A stretch of DNA of 64,000 nt from Ostrea edulis (Eukaryota): positions 42,408,001-42,472,000 of the forward strand of contig NC_079172.1 of the NCBI RefSeq assembly GCF_947568905.1, given 5' to 3'. Numbering within the stretch: the first letter of the stretch is position 1; each line of letters opens with the position of its first letter. This document shows, piece by piece, positions 51,301 to 64,000 of this stretch. The position numbers were made by a program, and so were the translations under genes. The notes below the pieces were generated by a model that saw only the letters and a list, made by a program, of their open reading frames with translations, was not told where the DNA came from and did no database searches.

Positions 51301-53388
51301 TTTTTTTATCTATCTATTTACTAATTTTCATTAAACCTACGAATGTTTTTAGAGCTATGCATGATGCTCAGGGTCGTAGCAGTGATAGGATTTTTATTCT
51401 ATCAACGCCTGTCGTGACACGGGATCTCGGTTTCTAAGATTTTATCAGAAAGACCCGCGACTCTGCTTCTGAATGTCGAGCATTTGACAAGGGAACAGTC
51501 GTCACGGATCAATGGCCCGTGCGTACCGGGTAATATAAACTGATGTCTCACGGAATGCAGTCTAGTGATTGACCGTTGGTAAGAGACGTTCCTGCAGCTG
51601 TTTTGGCCCTCATTATCAGTATATGGAGAGCATAAAACGGATAATGTAGATTCTTTATTTTACGCGAGTTCTTAATATGGCAAAATGACTGCTATACGTC
51701 AAATCGCGTGAACATGAATTCGTGCTTCGCCTGTTCATCAAGGTTTTACATGTATTTTAGCAACAGAAAATAAAAAGCGAGCAATTTTATTTCACGAGTG
51801 ATATCTCCCGTCAAATCACGCGATGATATATTCTTCGCGTGTATTTAAGAACCTACAGTAATAACCGTACAGTTACCGGACAAGCAACGATCATTGCATG
51901 GATTTCACCGATTGAGGAATGGATACTTGTCATCAGGTAAAACGAAAACGCAAAGCATGAGAAACTGACCAAATGGCTTTCAAACGGCCTTCAAACAGTA
52001 GATGTGGTCCAGAGCGCATCCGCTTTAACCGTGTCTTGTCCGGTCGTTGTTAAAATATAGCTGGGGCAATAGCCCAACTGACATCAACGGAAAACAATCG
52101 GTTAAGCACAGAACGAGACTCGTAGGAGATCCGAACAAAACGCATCCTTACCCACTGTTACTGTGCGCTGGACAGATTCAGTTCAGTGATTTCAGATCCA
52201 TGTTCTCATTCTCAAAACTTTCCATCGGACTGAACGGACTTCACCGAGGAGTTATGAGATTCATCACTGTTCGTTATCTTCATCTTTCACTGAATAAGTA
52301 TTGAATCCGACGAATAAGGAACGGACGAGAAACGCATGCGAATGGAAACGGATTATGCGGTCCGGTTTTTATGCGTAACAATTATCTGGTGAGGCAAGAC
52401 CTGTTATAAGTTTGACCCTGCCAGGGTACGAGCGGGACTCGAACCCCCTCGTCACGAAGGAAACTATTTAACCACTGAGGCATTGCAACAAGTATTACTA
52501 GTGTTTGGTAACCTATTAACTTAAAGAATTTAAAACGGGGTAAAACTGTCTGCAAGCGTAAAGGCGAAAATAACACGGGGCGAAAATAACCTTGTATACC
52601 GTGTTTGTAAGCTACTCGCTACTTAATTCACGGTGACAAAAATCTAACCTTCTAGTATATTCCCTATATAGTCCGTGATACGCTGTCAAAATGAATAAAG
52701 AAAGGATACCTGGTAATATCTGTTTTAAATATCCAGCAAAATGTGACCAGGCCATTCCCACTGCAAAGTTCCCCGCCGGTAGAAGCTGATTTAGCTGTAC
52801 ATCTCCTGTATAATTTACATAATATACTATACGTTAGAGGTTTCACTCAGATACCATAACATACAAGATCAAAAATCTAATCCTTCAGGTGGAATATGTA
52901 CAAAATGAGGAATGCGTACTTTTCAGTGTCCGACATATTGTCTCCATACAGCGCTCGTGATAATTGTCAACTAGAACCATATGAGATGCTTGTTGAAGAA
53001 AGGGGATTTCTGGTAAATCTTCAACGGTCATCCCGTCGATCAACAGCACCATCAGTGAAAGACGACCGTTCTGCAGACATTCTTCTAACGCAAGATAGGT
53101 CTCCAAGGAAAAGTCAACTTGTTTAGCACTTTCTGATAAGATCAGAAGGGTTTTTCTACTCTTCTTAATAGCTTTTGCAATGTTTTTGTATTTTTGAGCT
53201 CCCAGTGGGATAGAAAAGCCTGGCCGTATGTAGATAATTTTTTCTCGATCTAAATCGGCTAAAATAGTTTTGGCAATTCTATATTCGTCGTCCGGGTTGA
53301 AAAATATAGTGACGTCACTGTCACCGGTTTTCATCCAATCATATTCTTCGTCTCCCGAGTCGTCACCAGGCTCTCGGGCTCCTGCCAT
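45365..53388 (-). CDS. STING1: Tandem TIR-STING-TIR-STING protein with no transmembrane segment, 11 exons, 728 aa
   Basis: Exons 53388-52920, 52805-52710, 50684-50458, 49611-49419, 49157-49069, 48904-48703, 48505-48248, 48098-48000, 47670-47432, 45798-45591, 45471-45365; 2187 nt in frame, all GT-AG. STING signatures: GNFAVGMAWSHFAGYLKQILP and GNVAFGLAWAFHVNYLRHVLP; KRPYNPTIY and RRVFPCKLY; CAEYPSAL and AGEMLTPI. Each STING domain is preceded by a TIR domain. Confidence 0.88.
45921..46140 (+). mobile_element. tRNA-headed SINE, internally deleted
   Basis: Head accgtcgcggtagttcagtg...gtcgtgagctcgagccccg (A/B-box-like), body aaaacggaggtcccgtgt, tail tcaatcaatcaacc. A reversed head fragment lies at ~52404-52488. 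Confidence 0.65.
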
Positions 53389-53978
53389 TATGCAATACCC
53401 TGGTAAAGAAAATTATATAGTTAGTTTAATTCCCAGCAATTTCTTCATTGGGATTCCTTTTATATTATAGTTGATACAGAATTGCACCATTAGATGTTAC
53501 TGAAATATCTACTTGTCTCTTCACATGAAGTATATTAGCTAATGATGATCAATGATATTAGTATTAAGCGCTTAAATGCATTTCACATGTAACATTGACA
53601 GATTTGGCAACTTGAGACATATTGCTAATTGAGATTTACCTCCAAATACCCTTAACATGTTTGCAGAATTATCCATTACTAAGACCATTTATAAAGTCTA
53701 TTGACTTTTTTTTCATTGCCACTGAGCAGAAAACGGGGAAATATTGCGGAGAATTGTCAATGTTGGTGATGGTATTGGCGAAAACGCTTTGAACTGTGAT
53801 AAGAGGTCCATTTTGGAGCAATATCTGCAATGACTGAAAGAATCATACTTTTACCGACAGAAATTCCCTACTGAAAGACTTATTGACAAATTCTTCGCAA
53901 GCCAACCATTATTGATAGATCGCAGATCGCGAGTTTTGCTGTTACATGTACACAAATAAGAAGTAGTTGTTTGAGAAA
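53389..53978. promoter_or_regulatory. Divergent region between the TIR-STING and sulfotransferase start codons, probably a bidirectional promoter
   Basis: The ATGs are 590 bp apart, head-to-head. A minus-strand acceptor at 53400-53401 implies an upstream STING 5' exon within this interval. Confidence 0.55.
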
Positions 53979-61938
<7,960 letters not shown>

Positions 61939-64000
61939 AGCATTGTTCAATAAAAATCTATGTAACGATGTTTAGTGTTTAAATTTGATAGAATTTGATT
62001 AATGAACTATATCATTTAATGATATTTCAGTTATAAGAAATGAGTACTTCCAAAAATGTAATAAATACTATTGAATAAAAGTCAAATAATACCTTGTCAA
62101 TTCAAATATGATTATTTACTTTACGTGATATCACGTGACAGAAAGGGATGGATACGTTCAGTTAGATGAATATGACATTGTATCGATTACAAACATGTTT
62201 TTCCTTTACTAGTAGAATATATGCACGTACATGTACAATATGCGTAACATCACAATTTATATACGCAATGTCATATGTACCTGTCATGATAATCATTCTG
62301 AACAATATACTATTAAAAATATTTAATTTATTTTTTTTTTGAAAAGTTTTGTCAAACGCCATAATTTGTTTATACTTGTTTTCATCAAAAGGTCAATTAA
62401 CCTAAACCAGTTTTGAAATGTGAAATTAATGAGTTGGGTTTTTTTTAATTAAGATTCTAAATTGCTAAATTTCTTAATCATGTTTAGAAGCTTCGTATTT
62501 TATTTTATTTTTTTTAAATTTAAAATATCACTTTTTAAAAACTCGGAAGTTTAGATTATTGAATATGATATTTTTAAACTAAACTTTTTAAAAAAATCTC
62601 AGAAATTTCTTATCCTTCTACACTTTTGATACATCAAGTGTTGCCCGAGTTATATAGATTTATATATACATAAAGATGATCATAACCGTATAGATATTTG
62701 AAATACGTGAATTTTAACATTTATTGAAAACAGAAAATTTTCAGATCGAGGATGCGTTTGACAACATGTTACACGAATTTAGTAATGTAATCCCGAAGAT
62801 CAATTAAATTTTTGTAAGTGGACTGAATCACATCGACAATTCATACTTCTCAGTATCTTATACATGTAACCAATGGACGTGAAAGAAAGCCCGGACGTCC
62901 AATTGCTTCCAATAGCGTTCTGTGCAGCACAATGGAATATTGAAAAGACTTCGATCAACATTAAACGTTCCTTTTTCCACCGAAAGAATGGATTCTTCTC
63001 ATATTCATTGGACATGTTGAAATTTGATATTTTATATGCAACAACTATAGAATACATACATTTCTTTGACGCACACACACAGAGAGAGAGAGGGTGTCGC
63101 CTTTCTTGCTTTTGTGTCAAGGTTATTTCAAGGTCGCAAGCTTTTTTCCACCGGAGGACCCTGAAATTCCAATAAGAGCAGGCATAAATTGTATACACAA
63201 TGGCTGACCCAAAAGTTCGTGGAATTCCTCTATAACTTTTTTTTTTCAATAGATATGATTCAAAATTATACTTGATAATATTTAAAAATTTTGAATTTAT
63301 GTACAGTTATCAAAGAACCAATGTTGTAAACGGCGGGAGAAGAGATGCTTTGAAAAATTTATATTCTGTGCCTGATTTATTGTTTATCATGACATCATTA
63401 GAAAACATTCAAAATCCATCAGTTATTTTTAAAGGTTGTGAAAATCTTGGGAACACCCCGACTCATAAATTGACGACACAAGCAGGATGAAAACGTAATT
63501 ATGAACTCGTGTTTTTAAAGTGGCACAAGAAAATATGATAAAAGATCTGGTTGGCAGATTGGTAGATGTGTACATGTACGGTGTCCTTTCCTTGCTAAAA
63601 AGAGTGACGACATTAATAGACTTGGACCGCCGGAGGAATGTGCGGAAAATTGCTGCCGAAATTTGAAGCTCATGTGAAACGGCGAAGCGCATTTTGAAAA
63701 TTGATCTGAATTTGAAGAAAAATAGTTAAAAATAAATGCCTAGAGTCTTTTCTAAGGCAGATATGGAGAAGAAAATCCAGTGTTCTACGACAAAGCAGCC
63801 GAATTTAACGTCACGTCAAATACTCCCAGATTTTACGACAATATAGGTGAATGTGACGCGACATTTGTAACGTAAAACGTCAAAGACCCCCGCATTTACA
63901 ACATACATGTACCATTTTCAAACTATTTGTCTGACTTAAAAGTGTAACCATAACGTTATAAAATTTTCTAGTCATATTAGATAACTTCTCTAGTTCATAG

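Noticed and set aside
62800-63692. ORFs of 149, 100 and 87 aa at the window end
   Set aside because: No recognisable domain; they contain microsatellite and T-runs and are probably decayed transposon sequence.

Overview
AT-rich, intron-containing animal DNA whose repeat content and gene types resemble a bivalve such as an oyster (taxon is inference). I rebuilt six spliced genes by hand from GT-AG boundaries and intron phase. (1) The last two exons of a CAP/SCP-domain gene (+, 280-2485). (2) A 10-exon, 413-aa lysine-rich LRR gene (-, 10090-17896). (3, 4) Two tandem 12-exon calpain-5/TRA-3-like genes (+, 23483-32589 and 35022-41845). (5) An 11-exon, 728-aa soluble TIR-STING-TIR-STING gene (-, 45365-53388). 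(6) A 6-exon cytosolic sulfotransferase (+, 53979-61938), head-to-head with gene 5. Between the genes lie a frameshifted DD41D Tc1/mariner transposon, MITEs, SINEs, Helentron-like elements, a decayed Penelope-like retroelement, hairpins with minimal hammerhead-ribozyme motifs, several minisatellites and two N gaps. The most notable feature is the tandem TIR-STING protein, whose two modules share an exon/phase pattern but differ at the predicted TIR catalytic Glu. All coordinates and alignments were made by eye; no searches were run.
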